Assembly (NCBI GenBank): GCA_973895155.1
Contig: OZ316897.1
Coordinates: forward strand, 4,310,211-4,374,210
Reading direction: 5' to 3'
DNA length: 64,000 bases
Source of the DNA: Marsupella aquatica
Lineage: Eukaryota; Plantae; Marchantiophyta
This document shows, piece after piece, positions 12,566-27,170 of the stretch. Below the pieces are notes generated by a model, which saw only the letters and a program-made list of their open reading frames with translations, was not told the DNA's origin and searched no databases. Made by a program: the position numbers and the translations under genes. How positions within the stretch are numbered: position 1 is the first letter of the stretch; every line of letters starts with the position of its first letter.

Positions 12566-15500
12566 ATGCAGCTCCACCGTAGCAAAAACGGTGGGTGCCT
12601 GGAGATGACTCATGTGAAGGTGGTAGCGAGCTTCTGTGCCGCCACGGCTCTAGCTCTACTCCTCTTCTTGTCCTTAGATCTCGCCAGCGGCCCCTGTGGT
12701 CAACAAAGTGGCCTCTACAGCTTTCGTGAGTCTCTCTACCTCTCTTCTATCAAAGAGTCGCTTAGCACCGCTCCATTCGAAGAGCGCAGAAATGCGAGCG
12801 GAATTACGTGTGCCACCTCCCAGGCTGTGCAAACAACGGGAGAAGTGTGTTACAGGGAGTGGGAGAAGCCATCCGTGACCAACGAGAGGGAATGGGAGAA
12901 GTTTTGGGACGAGAACACTCCGGAGTTGCAGAGAACATTCTCCCCGGTGGGTGTCTCCGCCTTCTTGTTCATCCAATTCGGAGCCTACCGAGGCAGCCCC
13001 AACAATTTCTCGATCGTTGGACTCTCCCCGAAGGCACTTCACATCTATGGCAATCCAGGATACGAGTGCTTCTGGATTCCAAAATCTGGAGATCCCATCA
13101 AAGGAAATGCGACCGGATACCTCCCAGGGATCAAGTATGCCAACCAGTACGTAGGCACAGTGATCCATTGCCAATTCGACCAGGATGTAGGCACAGCTGC
13201 GACTGGGGGAAGCTTAGAAATCGTGGCCAACATGGGATCAGATGACATGACCGGGCTCCCGGGCGCACAGTTCGTGGCACTCACAGAAGACCCGGGTGAA
13301 TACGATGGATCTCTCTTCGAGCAACCCCTGAAGTATGATTTCATGTATTGTGGATCACCTCTCTATGGACCGATTAGCCCACAGAGGGTAAGGGAGTGGA
13401 TCGCTTGGCATGCAAGGATTTTCGGTCCTCGGTCCCATTTCATTTTATACGATGGTGGGGGACTGCACGATGATGTGAGGAAGGTTCTCGCTCCGTGGGT
13501 GAAGCTGGGGAGAGTGACGATCATGAATTATCGGCAGGAGTCGAGATATGACTCGCATTACCATAGTCAGGCGGTGGTGTTGAACGATTGTCTGATGCAG
13601 GCCAAGAGGGTTGCGGAGTGGGCTTTCTACTTCGACATCGATGAGTACTTGTATGTGCCTCCGGATTTGAGCTTGGCCAAGGTTATGCGGGAGATAAAAG
13701 AGGAACAGGGACGGAAAGCCCAGCAGGTCACATTCGACCAGCGGCCCATGAATCGCAACCACTGCATCAAGAGGCCCCAGAATGACTCCGACGAGAGGTT
13801 TCAGAGGTACATTGTCTTGAGCTCATTCCCTCTCACACTTGAAACGACCAGCTCTTGCATTGTCATCAACGCATTCAATTTTAGTGATTCAAAGCTCTAA
13901 CAGTCGCATGAGCTCGAGAAATTATAGCCGCTTCGCAGCTCTTCTCTCAAATAGAATTTGATCGTGGGTTTCTATTCACCTGGGGTTTATGTCGGCATGA
14001 GAGGAATAATTCATTAAGGATGAAAGGCAGTCTGGAGGCTAATCAATGCATTGATTAGCCCGTGCGATTAGTGGGTTATGCAACTATTAGGTGTGCGATT
14101 AGTGGGGTACCCAACTATTAGGTGAAACACTATGGATGAGGTGTCATGCTACGTAATAGAGCTGGTAGGGCAGATCTCAGATGAGGTCCTGGGATAGAAT
14201 CCTGCTTGTAACTCTCTTAACACGCATTTACCCCAAAGTGTGGTACAGACAAAGCTTTTAAGACTTTAAGAAAACTGATGTTTTCCAGGCGGACAGAGGG
14301 GGCCGTGGGGAGTGAGTGCTCGAAGCTCTTTAACTGCCTTTCGTCCTGAATGAGCTTCAATTTCCTAGAAAATAATTTTTTGCCCAAAGCCAGCCGACGA
14401 TAAGATCTATATTACATTTGAGAATATGTCAAGAAAGGTTTATAATAATCATAGGGGAACCTTGGATTAGCTGATAATTGAGCAGGAACCGAACAGAAAA
14501 GGTACTTTTTCAAAAATTGTTCACCAAATTGTTCACCAATAACATTGAAGGTTACTAGTAATGTACATTTAGAATCATTTTGGTGTAAAGCTCAAGAAAT
14601 AATTAGACCTTAAAATTGAGAATTTCCATGTCACTTGTCAAATGTCCCTTTATGATGGAGACCTCGAAAAAATGATTTGATATACAGGTTTACACTAGTA
14701 ATTCAAGCTTCAGGACCGCTGCAGGTGAGTTGGAGCTGTGGAATAGTCGAAAAGTTGAATCGTTGAGTTGAACTTGTGAACACTAACGTTGCAGACAGAC
14801 TAAGACCTGAAATAGATCAATCCATTCAATGCGCGCTGAGGTGTGCGTGAAGAATCACGTTCAATGTGAGCTATCAGCAATAATTCCCGGAATCAAACCT
14901 AGATCGAACAATTCTCCTCAGGAATCCATACTAGTACAGTCGCGAGTATGAATTTCTTCTGCGCATTTACCTTTCACGGTGGAACTCGAATACATTTTCA
15001 CCACGAAATCGACGCAAGGCTCGTCCTTCACGTCACACCACTTTTGGGCAGTACCTTTGAAAGTTTCCGACATATTTCCGGTCCAACTCTTCTATACAGA
15101 CCCCGTTTTGATCATATGCTTAGCGGGTAAGCTCCTGCTTAAGTAAATTCTTCCCTATAGTGGCCACACTCGAACTTCCGCGTGGCAATCTCTTCTTACT
15201 AACTAGACTCAAAGAATTGGGCCGGCTGAAATGTTTTGGCTAGTGATAATCTTTAGGCTTCAAGGTTCGCTTGTCTTTCAATTTCTACTTGCACGTCTTT
15301 TAACCTACGGAACCCTTAAGTATGCAGCTAGCGTCAATGTTACTAAAAATTGTGGTCTACCCTAGCTCAAAATTGCTGTTCATCTAGGAATACTGTGAGA
15401 GAAGTTCGAAACCAATCTTCATACTTCTTGGTATGACCAATTTCATTCTGATGTTTTGCGGTTTATGGCAACAACAGCAATCTAGTGTAATGTAACGCAC

Positions 15501-15942
15501 TGCACCTATTTTGGATGTGGACTAAAAACTGACGAAAAGACAACGGCTGGATGCTGGTAGGCTTTGGGGGATAGAAAAGCTGGTTTATCAAAGAACTCAG
15601 ATCACCGAGTGGGGAGGATGGAAGGACCACAAGTATGCAGTTCAGACGAGATACATGCTGGTAGCAGGAACACACGACCACGAAGTTTCATTGTTGCCAA
15701 ATGGGATTACCAACTGGAAGCAGACCATCTACTATGATTGGAAGGACAGGGTGCACTACCACCATTTTCACAACACTCTCACCATCAGAGAAGAATTGTG
15801 CAAAGAATTTGTGGATCCTTGGGTTAAAGAAACGAAGTTCAACAACGTCACGCATATTTATGATGGCAGCCTGTCATCTTTGGCTGACGCGGTGAGACAA
15901 TTTGAGCTGGAAACAGTAGGATCCCAACCATTCATACTTTAG
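12566..15942 (+). CDS. GALS: Glycosyltransferase family 92 (DUF23), galactan beta-1,4-galactosyltransferase-like; exons 12566-13806 and 15561-15942
   Basis: Type II membrane anchor; motifs FIQFGAYRG, YDFMYCGSPLYG, VREWIAWHAR, LNDCL and FYFDIDEY (DxD). Splicing AG|GT at 13806 to AG|G at 15561 gives RLWGIEKLVY...KYAVQ...YHHFHNT...AVRQFELETVG, the GALS-type C-terminus. Confidence 0.9.
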
Positions 15943-18059
15943 TTAGTCGTAGTCAGTTTATGATTTAGTTATGGAAGGATAGCATCGACATAACACTGCA
16001 GAGAATTATTTAGCCTCTGCTCAACAGAACATAGGAAATTAAAGAAATGCCCAATTTATCATGGGTTCAGCTATGAAGACGAGAAGTAAGTACTTGAACT
16101 GTGACAGAATCACTGGTCTACAAAGTTGGAAACTGTTGGCAATATGCCAGGTTATTAAAGGATATGGCAGCTATTAACTCTTTGAGCATTGTTACGGAAT
16201 TGTAAATAATTTTCACATGTATAGAAACGTAACTGTTACTTGGACTGGCAGTGAGAGACGGGGTAAGTAAGCTGCAAAAGTAAAGAACACCAGACACATA
16301 AACGAGAGACTCTTCTCAAAATGCTGCACCGAGTAATAGAATCGTAATGGAACATTTTATCTGGCAAACCTAGCAACCAGTGTTGACGCGCCCTAGGTTG
16401 CATGAAGTTCATGAACAAGTTAAGCTAGTTATGGACAAGGGGCTTTTTTATCGATCTAGTGCAACTCGACATTTTTATCGATCTAGTGCCGTGGAGAAGA
16501 ATGAAAGGAAAGCTGCGACTGAATAAGATACAATGGTTCTTACGAAAGTACGTTACGGATACAGCAAAGATTATCAAAACAGTTTTATTCTCCGAAAGAC
16601 CGTGTGGCTATACAGAGATACACTTGAACTGACCCAACATCGGCACTGATAGCATCCTCATTGAGCGACCCATTACAGCCAAAGCTTCTCTTGCGAAAGC
16701 TGGATCCCGGGTTAGAGATCCAATTCAGATTACCCATTCTTTGTCTCACTAACCCATCATTGAAATCCTGAATCAACTGTATTCAGATACCTGAACTGGA
16801 CTTGAAGACTGCGAGCTCTGTTCTTCTAAGACCTATTCAGAGACTTCTCACTCAGGTCCTTACTCACAAATCTGCCTGTAACCCACAGCAACCATACCAT
16901 ACAGAAGAAAACACGCCCGTCATTTATTTATGTGACCAGCACAGACACTCTACTTAGTTTACACTAACCTACAAGAATACCGGATATTTACTAAGTCATA
17001 TGATGGAAGCTGTCTAGTTTACACTAATCTACAAGAACTACTGGATATTGGAGAGGTCATATAATAAGCTAAATACAGCCTTGGCGATGTACTTTACACT
17101 AATCTACAAAAATTACGGGATACTTGAGAACCGCTCAGAGTAAGGAGGTCCTCGAATGTACAAAATAGCAGCCTTCGCTGCTTTCTCGAAACAGCAACAG
17201 AGGCAATCCCTTGATCAGCTGTCCATAGACTGAAGTCTTGACAATCGACGCAGAATTTTAATATATGCATCCTTCATGTTCTCACCTAAGTTCAATTAAT
17301 GTCGAATAGTAAATATGTCTGAGCAGAACCTTCAGATGAAATTCTCGACAAGTTGATAATATGAGGTTAATTTTCCAAGCAGGCTAATTGTGTCATGGTT
17401 GGTACTGTGCTGACTTAGCAGTACCAGATGAGAGTATATGCATCTCTACACTACCTACTGAAGAAATTGTTGACTCCCAAGAACTCTAAACGGAACCTAG
17501 ATTTGCTCCTGCTCGTTGAAGGAAAGGAGTAAATCATAGTATGGAATGGGGTGCCATTCAAATCTTTCTGCGTTCATTCCTTCATAATTTAGCCAACTTT
17601 CTGTTTGCCAAAAGTCAGTTCACTTCGCCAGATCATGCAATCTGGATTATAGGGAGCACTCAAAGTTCCCAGTCGCTGAAACCTTTTAACAAATAGGAAA
17701 TAATCCTTCAGATCGATCTAAAGTCGATCCAAAATCGAGTGAAGTTAAGGGTGACGCGCAGCTTATATGCAATACCTGTGGATGCAGGTGTTGGGTCGAC
17801 TTAAGCCCTGCAGCTCCTCAAGCTTCCCTGTGTGCAACAGCTTTCAAACCCTGTCATGGCGGGACAAGTGTGCGTTCTCAAGAGACCTTGGGTGATAAGA
17901 CATACGCAGACAGGATGTTTTCTGACTTGAGATGTTCAACCCAGTGAAAAGGTCCGGACACCCGTTTTGGAGGGGGCAATTGTTCGCAAGCTGCCTGTAC
18001 TTCTCTCGAAAGCCAAACAGGGAAAGTATGTCAAAGTGACGATCCTTTCAGAGGGGGGA

Positions 18060-21000
18060 TCAGTTGAGAGCCGTTAGCAGAATTCGGTAATCTCGGAGGT
18101 CCGCCGTACTCATGTGCCCATTGGGAAGTTTACCATTCCCATTGGAAAGGTGTTTTTGCTGCCCCTCAAAGCAGTCAGGATCGGCCTGGCTGCACTTAGA
18201 CCGGAACTCTTGTTGAAGGTATTCCAAACCAGGTGTCCGTAAAGAGTTGATGGCAGCTTCACTAGGTATACTAATCGTTCTTGGTGCCGTGGACGCTGGT
18301 TCATCCTCCGTTGTAGTAAACTGAATACCAAAGCGCAGACGGCATTCAGTAAGTTATGAGACCATTCGATCTAGTTCCAGAAATCTAGTAGGGGTCTTAT
18401 TATCAACCGCTGCGCTTGAGATGAAAGAGTGGCAGATGGGAGCACATGTATTCAATTTCAAATCAGAGATCATTGGTCAAGGCTAATTGAAATCTAGATA
18501 AAATAAACTGTTCTAAACGAGACGGTAGAGGCCTTCTTAAGAATTCCACCCACCTGGTACTCGTTGCGAAACGCGTGCTCTGTGACTTGTTGTAGATCTG
18601 TTACATGGCTACCATGCGAGCTTTCCAGCCGGGCAATTGCCTGCATTTGCGCTTCCATAACAGTAGATAACTCTGCAACGACATCATGCTCAGACCGCCG
18701 AATATCTGCAGACAATACATTTGATTCGATCATTTGTCCTGATTGCACTAGAACTGTGTAAGTAGGGCCGCAGGCATTGCATTTAGGTGTGGCGAGTTTG
18801 GACAGAATGACCCCTTACTTTCGATGAACGAAATAGTATCTTTCGTCTGTTCTTCGACATCACCCTCCACCGCTGCATGCAGAGCAGCGCAACGAGCGAC
18901 AAGGAACTGATTGTCCTCCAGTCCTTCGCTGCATATCAAATAGTTACGGTCAGTGACTTATAAAAACCGAGGCTCCATTACTGGAAAGCTGTTGTTTGTG
19001 AGCTCAATGGGCTGGTAACGAGAAGTTCGTCAAACTCACGTGAGGATTAATCCTTTTGCTAAGAAGTGTTCCCTCTCGCATTGGACCAGGGATTCGTGAG
19101 TCGTCTTCCACTGCTCCTGTGCTGTTGTTGTGCACTTGATGCTGTAATACAAAGATACTTGTATCACTTTGCAAAGTTTGCAAAAAGGACAATGTCTATT
19201 GAAAAGATTAAGTACTAGTTAGCGAAATTCAATGAAATGTGGATGTCAATCTTAGACCCCTTGGGCAGATTGTACGGCTATGTAGGACTCACGACGTCTG
19301 CTGAAGCTCGTCCATTCGACTCTGGGTGGCTGTCAGTAGAGAGGAAGTTTCTATGGTGCCGGTCTCAGTAACTCGTAGCAGATTGTCGAAGTGCTCTCGT
19401 GCAGCAGACGCAGAATTCTGAATGCTAATCATGCTCTTCTTTGTTTCTGTGGCATCGGCTTTAGCGGTCTCCCTTATCTCGCTTACTTTGGTTTGTACCT
19501 GGAGGTCCATTTCAATCACAAAGACAGGAATTAACATTAAGCAGAATTCGACATCCGAGAAAGACAATTTCATCACAAACCTAGCAATGGGCTGAGCTAG
19601 ATTACAAACCAAGTACAATTCCTTTCCCTCGATCCTATAAAGCAAGACACTTACGAGCTCCGAGTTTCGTGTCATCGAGTTGGTTATCATCTCAGCAATT
19701 CCCTCCAGCAGGTCATTCCTCTCTCGCTTAGCTTGCTCCTGAAAAGTGCCCCGTTATCAATGTTGAGAATGTGAAGCCTCTGGAGTAGTTCTAAAGAATC
19801 TTTTAAACTACTGGCTTTTGGAAACAGAGGTCAATTTGTGGTCCATTAACTGAGAAGTTACTCACCTCGCAAGCTTTTGTTAGTTGAGCTAGACTCTCAT
19901 CCTGAGCGCTAATCTTTGCGTCCATGCTATCAGTAAACTGAATAGCACTAGTGTACAGTGCTTGAAGCGATTGAAGTATGACGCCTGATATAAGTTTACT
20001 GGAGTCCATGCTTCTTTCGGCAACCTGCACGTCACAAGACAGAGATCACCATTAATACCTGAAAATTAATTACCTGCACATTTAAGCATACTATTGGATA
20101 GGTAGTGTCTTCAAGTCCATGAAGTTGTAAGCAACACAGAGTAACAGATTGGTGACTAAGAATCAGTAAAATTTGGCAGGATTTGAATTAAAGAATCAAG
20201 TGACAACCTCCCGATGCCGCTGGTGAAACATTGCAATCTGCTGCTTCTGTTCTAGAAGAGAGTTTTGTAGCTCTGTGAGAACTTTGTCCGCCTCTGCAAC
20301 TTGATTCGCCAGCAGCTGCAAGATAAACTACAAGTTAGACCCCAAAGTCGCAGCAATGACACTAAATGACGGGAAACACATAAACGCAAAGGTTGGCTAT
20401 AGGTCATTGATACGTGGTCAACAATGTCGGTCACACTCACTTGATCAAGAGTGGAAAACTGTACTGACACGCTGTTGTTTAATTTGTGGATATTGGAAGA
20501 CGAGAGCGCTTCGTGAGTACAAACTACGTCGTACAGGCTTCGGGATTGAGATAGATATGTGGATCGAAGGCCCTCCAGCTTCCGTCGCACCTCATCCCCA
20601 GACTGCAACAATTGTAGGGAGTAAGAAACTTGGTCAGCAAGTAAGTCGTCGAATTATTCATTACTGTAGCCCTTGAAATTGATAACGTAGATTCTTTATT
20701 GAATCCATGAGTAATGTTGGGGTTTCCTCGGCTCCCAGAAACAAACTATGGAGCTATCAAAATTAAGAGATGGCCACACTTTCTCACAATTGACCACTCT
20801 TGGCCAAATGCTGGCAGAGTTTCGTGAGATTTGATTAGACAGACTACTAACGTTATTTGCTGATAATGGACGGCAATTCTCAAGGGCGTCTACCAACCTG
20901 ATCTTTCACAGAGAGAAAAGACTGCATTTGGTTCTCCATGTTCTGCAGCAACTCGTGTTGGGCTTTTATTGATCCCGTCATGATGTTGTGCAAAGATTTC

Positions 21001-24000
21001 ATCTTTTCGCGAAACACGCTCTGAAAATTCTCCACATAGCGGTGATTTCCGGCTAGAACCTTACTTTTGCTATCTGCAAAAATTGTGAATGACTGTCTTA
21101 GGCGATTTAAATTGTAGTAGGAGAGCAAGCACATCACAACCTACGGATCGATGGATCATTTCCGAATCAAAACCCGTTCTACTAGATACAATTCAATCAG
21201 ATTTGGAATTTGGGGATTATAGCCGCGCACCTAATAGTGAAAATAATTGTGCAACCTCTTTCACTGTAGTTTCCAACTCCGAGCGAAGATCGGCAGCCTG
21301 CCCAGCAAGGCTCAGTTCTGCGCAATAATCATAACAGTGCCTGTCAACACATCTGGACCGTACTCCTGGAGTATTTGCAGCATGTATGGATTACTGTTTC
21401 TGTTTGTACAAGCGAATCTAGCATGATATTAAAATCCGGGGCGCCTTAAATAGGTTGCCATTTGAAAATTTCTTCGTCTCCAGAGGCTACTAACCTTGAT
21501 ACTAGACTGAAATTCTTAGGGAGGATCGAGCAACATGCTTTAAAATCTGATTTTCTCAGTCTTGCTTTACATCAATTCAACTTCGTTTGGAGTCCGCCAG
21601 TGCAGTATATGGCCCACTTGTGCAGTTTAATTGTTGTTTTCAAGTCATACCTGCTTGATGCTGAGTGGACATGACAAACTCGTATTCTCGAATCGTGTAG
21701 TTGGCACGCTTTACACCGTCTGTGGCTTCCATGAGAGCCTCCTGGCATCGTTCATAAGCTTGCTGCACGATTCGAATTGGAGACATCATGTTTTGAGCAA
21801 GTTCGATATTAGTGAGAGGCAACCCCGAGTTGGTTTTGATTAATCTAAATGGTTGAATAAGTCCTGATAAGTTCGTTCTGTACTTATTTCATGCAGAGGA
21901 AAGGTCAGCTTTATCATTATTTCTATCTAGGAGTTTCTCAAATCTGTGTACTGAATATCTGCGAGTAAGAGTATAGCTTCTTCGAGTTCGCATCTAATCC
22001 AGTTTGTCAGTACTCATGAATTAGTCTACGAGCTTTCCGATGACAACTATGTGGAAGTGCCATCAAGATTGAGGACAAAACTTTGAAGCAGCTGTTCAGG
22101 ATCTACTGACTTGAGTAGCTTCGAGCCTCGTGGTTAGGTCCAAATGCTGCTGCCGCTTCGATTCGCATTGGTACTGTAGTCCCTCAATTTGCTGCAACAG
22201 CAAATTCATCGCGAGTTATATCACCATTCTTTTGTGCAACTATAATTGGAGGGACACGGCAACAGTCGAATTTCTCAATGACAGTGAGCCTTGAGGTCAA
22301 TTTCTCGTATACCTTATCTTTTGCCTCGGCTTCATACTCCATGACCTCAAGTCTTTCCGCCATAACCTAAACATGAACGCCACAGAGCTAAAGTCAGATT
22401 TAGGTCAACTCCGAGAAGTGTAGGTGCTATGCTAATTCGTAAACTTTGCACCACGAACTTTTAGGAGGATCGGAGATATAGATTTGCGCGACGAGTTGAT
22501 ACCAGTGATCTGAGAGACACAACATTAATTTACCTTCTTCTCAGCTTCATCCTGGAAGTAACGGTCTCGAGGAAGATAGATTCCATTCTTTTCGCGAGCT
22601 GCATAAACCTCTGTTACACATGCAACAAACGGAATTTATCTTTTTCTACCATTCTAATTGTGAGATTGCGAGCGTACAGAATTGACCTGCAAAATCATTC
22701 GGTTCATCATGAAAACGATCTCGATGACTGGAATTGACAGTTACAACGGTGCCTACGGTAGGTGTAAAGGTCTTCGTAGTCAGGGGGAATGACATTGAGC
22801 TGGCGCTTTTCACCGCCATTATTACCTGCTTTGAGCTTTTCAATTTCCCCATAAAGATCTTTAATCAAGGCCGCCTTGGTCACCTTTTGGTTCACCTGTA
22901 GGACAAAATTTCAACGTCGTTTCAGCAACAGCCCCGTGAGGAACGAGATTGCTAATTCTCGAAAAACTTGTTGCATTCACTTTGAATAATGAAGACAAGG
23001 AACAGAAAACCACATTGATGGGATCGAAGAAGCTAGCGTGTACCTCTGGTTTATTTCTAATGTTCTTGGCGCGATGAGCGTAGTCCAGTGTGCTAAGAGT
23101 TTCCTCCAGACATTGCGTTGAGGGCGCTACAGTTGCTATGATACATGTCTTTGTTTTTCCACCGAGGGAATCTCGTAGTAGTCTGGTAAGCTTGCTGTCC
23201 CTGTTAGAAAGCCGGCACCATCAATCAAGAGTCACCAGGGTGGAAAACTGATTGCCCAAATAACTGCATCAACTCGATCATGAGCCCATTCCCGGAAAGA
23301 AAATCTTGGTCTTCAGACGTATTTTTTGCTGCAAAATTGATATATGGTTCTAAGAAAAATGCTAATACCTGTATGGAACGTGAGCTAAATGCTCAACAAG
23401 GGCCGTGATGACGCGACTTAATGTTAGTAAACTTTTGTTGATCTCTCCGGCTTCTCGTGCTCGGCCCTGTTACATCACTCACACACTCACCAGTTAATAA
23501 CAGTTCCTTCATGACCGTCATGGGAGATACTTATCTTGATATATTTGTCTCCATTGTCTTGTTACTGTATCATTCCTCTATTAGGCTTTTGGATGCGGGT
23601 GTTCACCGCTTCATCGTATATAGCAATTTCATAAATTTCTGCTACAGTCAGGAATTGAACCTTGTAGCAGAAATTGAACCCAAGGATAGAAAATGAATTC
23701 ATAATTATGGAATGCTAATGCCAGTTATATTGCTCACGTCCAACTGGAAATGGAGGTCGTCCCAATCAATAAATCTCCTGTACAAAAGCTCTCGTCCAAA
23801 GATGAATAATTAACACCGCTCGAGAAAGCAATTATCTAGGTCTAACTTGATGATAACTAAGAGACGAATTATTTCAATGACAGGGGTTTTCGGGTGACTA
23901 AGGTTGAGATCACTGGCTGCTAAAAACATCCTGAAGATTAGATTGTTATCTCACCGGAGTATTGCATCTCGTATTGCATGAGCCACCCCAATTTCGAAGG

Positions 24001-25774
24001 ATCGATAACTCACCTCCCTGGCGCCTGAGCGGGAAACGTTCTCCGAGCCAGCCAAGTCGACCAAGTTTAGCTTCCCGCATTTGATTACTTCCTCGCCTTG
24101 CGGAGTATTCTCTTTGATGTTGATGGTGATAGAAAATATCGAATGCGAACGGCTGCAATATACCCCAAAATTGCCGACTTGAAGCATTAGCGAAAGGTAT
24201 TCGTTTAATATCAGAACCGAGATCAATGCACCATCTTAGGACTCCAATTAGAGTTTATACCTGGACTGCTTGTTCATCAGAGTCTCACCGACACGCCTTT
24301 TGGCAGATCCTCGGTCCAAGAGAGTGTAAAGGTCTCCAGCACTGAGCACAACCTCCTCTTCCAAGCCCCTAACAAGGACTCCACCTTTTCCATCCTCCAT
24401 GAGAGCTAAGGGCTTTCGCTTGTCGTCCTTTCCTTTGGCAAATATTTCTTCCGGTGCGAGCAAGTCCGTGATTTCTTCATTGTAAAGTTCAATAAACGAC
24501 ACTAGCACGCTATATTCTGCGTTCTGGCTTTCCAGCGTATCAAATACCTGCTGAACTGCTCTAGGAATGACACCAGCCTCGGCAGGAAGGTTGGAATCTC
24601 CCAACTGCGGATCGATTTACATCCCACACGGTCAGTCACAGCTGCGGCGACGACATCCACGAGAAGCAAAGTATAGGAAAAAGCGACGAGAGATTATTCA
24701 AGTTTTTATTAGGTCCCGATCATTGGGGATTTGAATCATACAGAATGATAGATCATAGATAAGTTCGAACATCTCCAGGCCAAAGATGAAAATTGATGAT
24801 GGAAACATAGTCAACATTGATGGGTGCACAGGGCACTTGGCATTAATGCAGACCTTGTTCTTTCTTCCCTTTCCTTCCATAGTGTACGTTTTCCCTGTAC
24901 CAGTCTGTCCATATGCAAACACGGTGCAGTTGAATCCAGCCAATACTTCTTGGACAATCGGAACGATGGCTGAGTCATAGACGTCTCGCTGCTCAGACTC
25001 GGGACCGAATACCTGCGACATCCGTGTAGAACACACTTGCGAATGAGCATAAGACGTGCTCGATCAGTGTCGAACATATTTTCCTACTGCAGTAACAGCA
25101 AGTTCTCCACGACCTTGATATTCACAAACCAAAATTGGTCGAGAGGCGGCGGTCGTTCAGATTTACAGAATCATCATGAATTCCTGCAGAATCCAGGCGA
25201 CGGTGCTAAAACTTACCTTGTCAAATGTAAACGTTCGATCAATCTGCTTGTTGTGTATACTTTGGCACACTGTCACTTCCCCGCTATATTCATGACAGGA
25301 AACCACTTGTGGCACCTTACTCCTCAGCTCGTCATCGCTGAATGGTCTGCACAGTTTGATCACCATTACAGAACAGCTTGTAATTTACGAATCACTGGAC
25401 AACGTGCAATCTCGAAATTGTCGACTTTCACCGAACTGACTGTTCAACTTTTCATTTAACTCGAAGTAACGATCAAGCCATATGGCAAGCCATAAACTCG
25501 ATCTCATGATTATTAACGGATCTCGGATCCATTGCTGTTACGGATTCACAGGTCGGTCAAAACCATTCAATCTGAGAGTGCCCTCATAAGTGTTCGCAGG
25601 CTCTGTGGTGCTCAATCACTAGCAAGCCGGCATCACCATGGTACGAGACCTGGCAATGCATGCGTCCTGTGACAGAAAACTTCAAGACAATATCGAATTA
25701 GATGTTTGTAAACTTGATGTGTACCTGCAACGAAGAAGAACTTGGACGTTGACGCCCTTGTCGCGGGTTCCCAT
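18060..25774 (-). CDS. KIN5: Kinesin-5 (BimC/Eg5 family), multi-exon
   Basis: Exon 1 [17 protein letters not shown] (ATG at 25774). Motor motifs [56 protein letters not shown] and [20 protein letters not shown]. Coiled-coil stalk exons follow. Last exon 18060-18320 ends ...LRTP...RILLTALN*. Confidence 0.95.
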
Positions 25775-26690
25775 GACTTGAAGTATATGGATGAAGGGGA
25801 AGCTTGGAATTCTCTGCCGACCGACTAGCTCGCTAGCAATGGAACCAAACGGCTCAGTTTGCGAGCGTTATCAAGTCAATCGAAATCAATAACGTAAACG
25901 TTAATATTGACCAGACTTAGCCCTCAAATATCTCGTTGCAACCTGGATTTGCCAGAGCGACTGCATTCCTGTAGGGCAGACCCATTTCTGCGCACCCAAG
26001 CAAGTTGAAGATGATCGAGAGAACGAGGGACTAGATTTGAGACCCTAGATTTCGCTTAATGCCACCGGATACCAGTGAAGTGATTCTCCGAACATCGTAG
26101 CATGCCAAAGACGAAGGATATCCCCAAACTCCCACTGCCTATATCCGGCTACTTCAGTAGACCCTACGAATCTTGTGCTGGTCTAGCTAGTTGCAGAATC
26201 ACATTGAACCCCCATTTCTGTCGGGGCACGGTGGCAAAATTTCTACTGTTTGGACTTGACCACCTTTTCCACTTCATACTTCGTCGCGATTGACCAAATT
26301 CTCCACTTCATACTTATTCGCGTTGTACATCTACTTTCGAGCTCGAGCTAGCAGTCCAGAAACAGCCAAACCAGGGAGCATGATCACCGCAGGTATTATT
26401 GAAGCTGGTACAGAATATGCCTGGCTCTGAGAACGATGGTCGAGGAGGTCAACGAACCTTGAGGCTACACAATCGTTTGAGACAGTGGCCACCTTTTCCC
26501 AACTGTTGCGGCAAGAAATTTCTGCATTGCAAGGCTGCACGATGATCCAATTTGGACGGTATTCTTGGATGTATTATTAAGAATAGGACTTTAATGGAGC
26601 CGGTGGGGCCCTTCTTCAGGAACATGGACAAACATTCGTGTCGTGCACCGACTCTTTAACTAGAATTTGACATATGTTCTTCGGTGGTCA

Positions 26691-27170
26691 TGTATGACGG
26701 TACTCCACAGCAGTGAACCTTAGGGAATAGGGAAGATGACGTCCTCTATAGCCAGGCAAACTCCTGATGTCGTCGTCGATCCTTCCAAGGTCGTGACTCT
26801 TTCGTTTCAGCCTCCAGCGCTTCACGGGCAATTTCAGCTCCGTGTTGTTCAGATTATTTTGATCTCGGGTCGACGGGTTTACTCCTCCTCGGGTTCTTCC
26901 GTTGCTGCTCCTCGAAGAATCCTTCCAAGCAACGAGTGACGATGTTGTAAGGCTAGTACCAAGGAAGTGTCGTACGCGCGTAGTTTGTAACTGTGTAAGT
27001 GAATCGCAGGTGATCAATGCAGTTTCATGGATGGTTTGTCCTGTTTTTATTAGGATCGGTCCCTAATTTTTGTGTCCAGCGTGGTAGTGTCGCGAAGGGG
27101 TCCCACCTGAGCCCTACCAAGACCTGTACATCTTTATGAGGCCTGCCTTGAATCGTTCCACGGCGTGACA
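26691..27170 (-). mobile_element. Probable solo LTR (~480 bp)
   Basis: Minus strand begins TGTCACGCCG and ends CCGTCATACA, with an internal TAATAAAAAC TATA-like site. Flanks GGTCA/AGACA match only 3 of 5. Confidence 0.45.

Noticed and set aside
25843-25855. MSA (AACGG) mitotic element near the kinesin start
   Set aside because: Single 5-mer, expected by chance.
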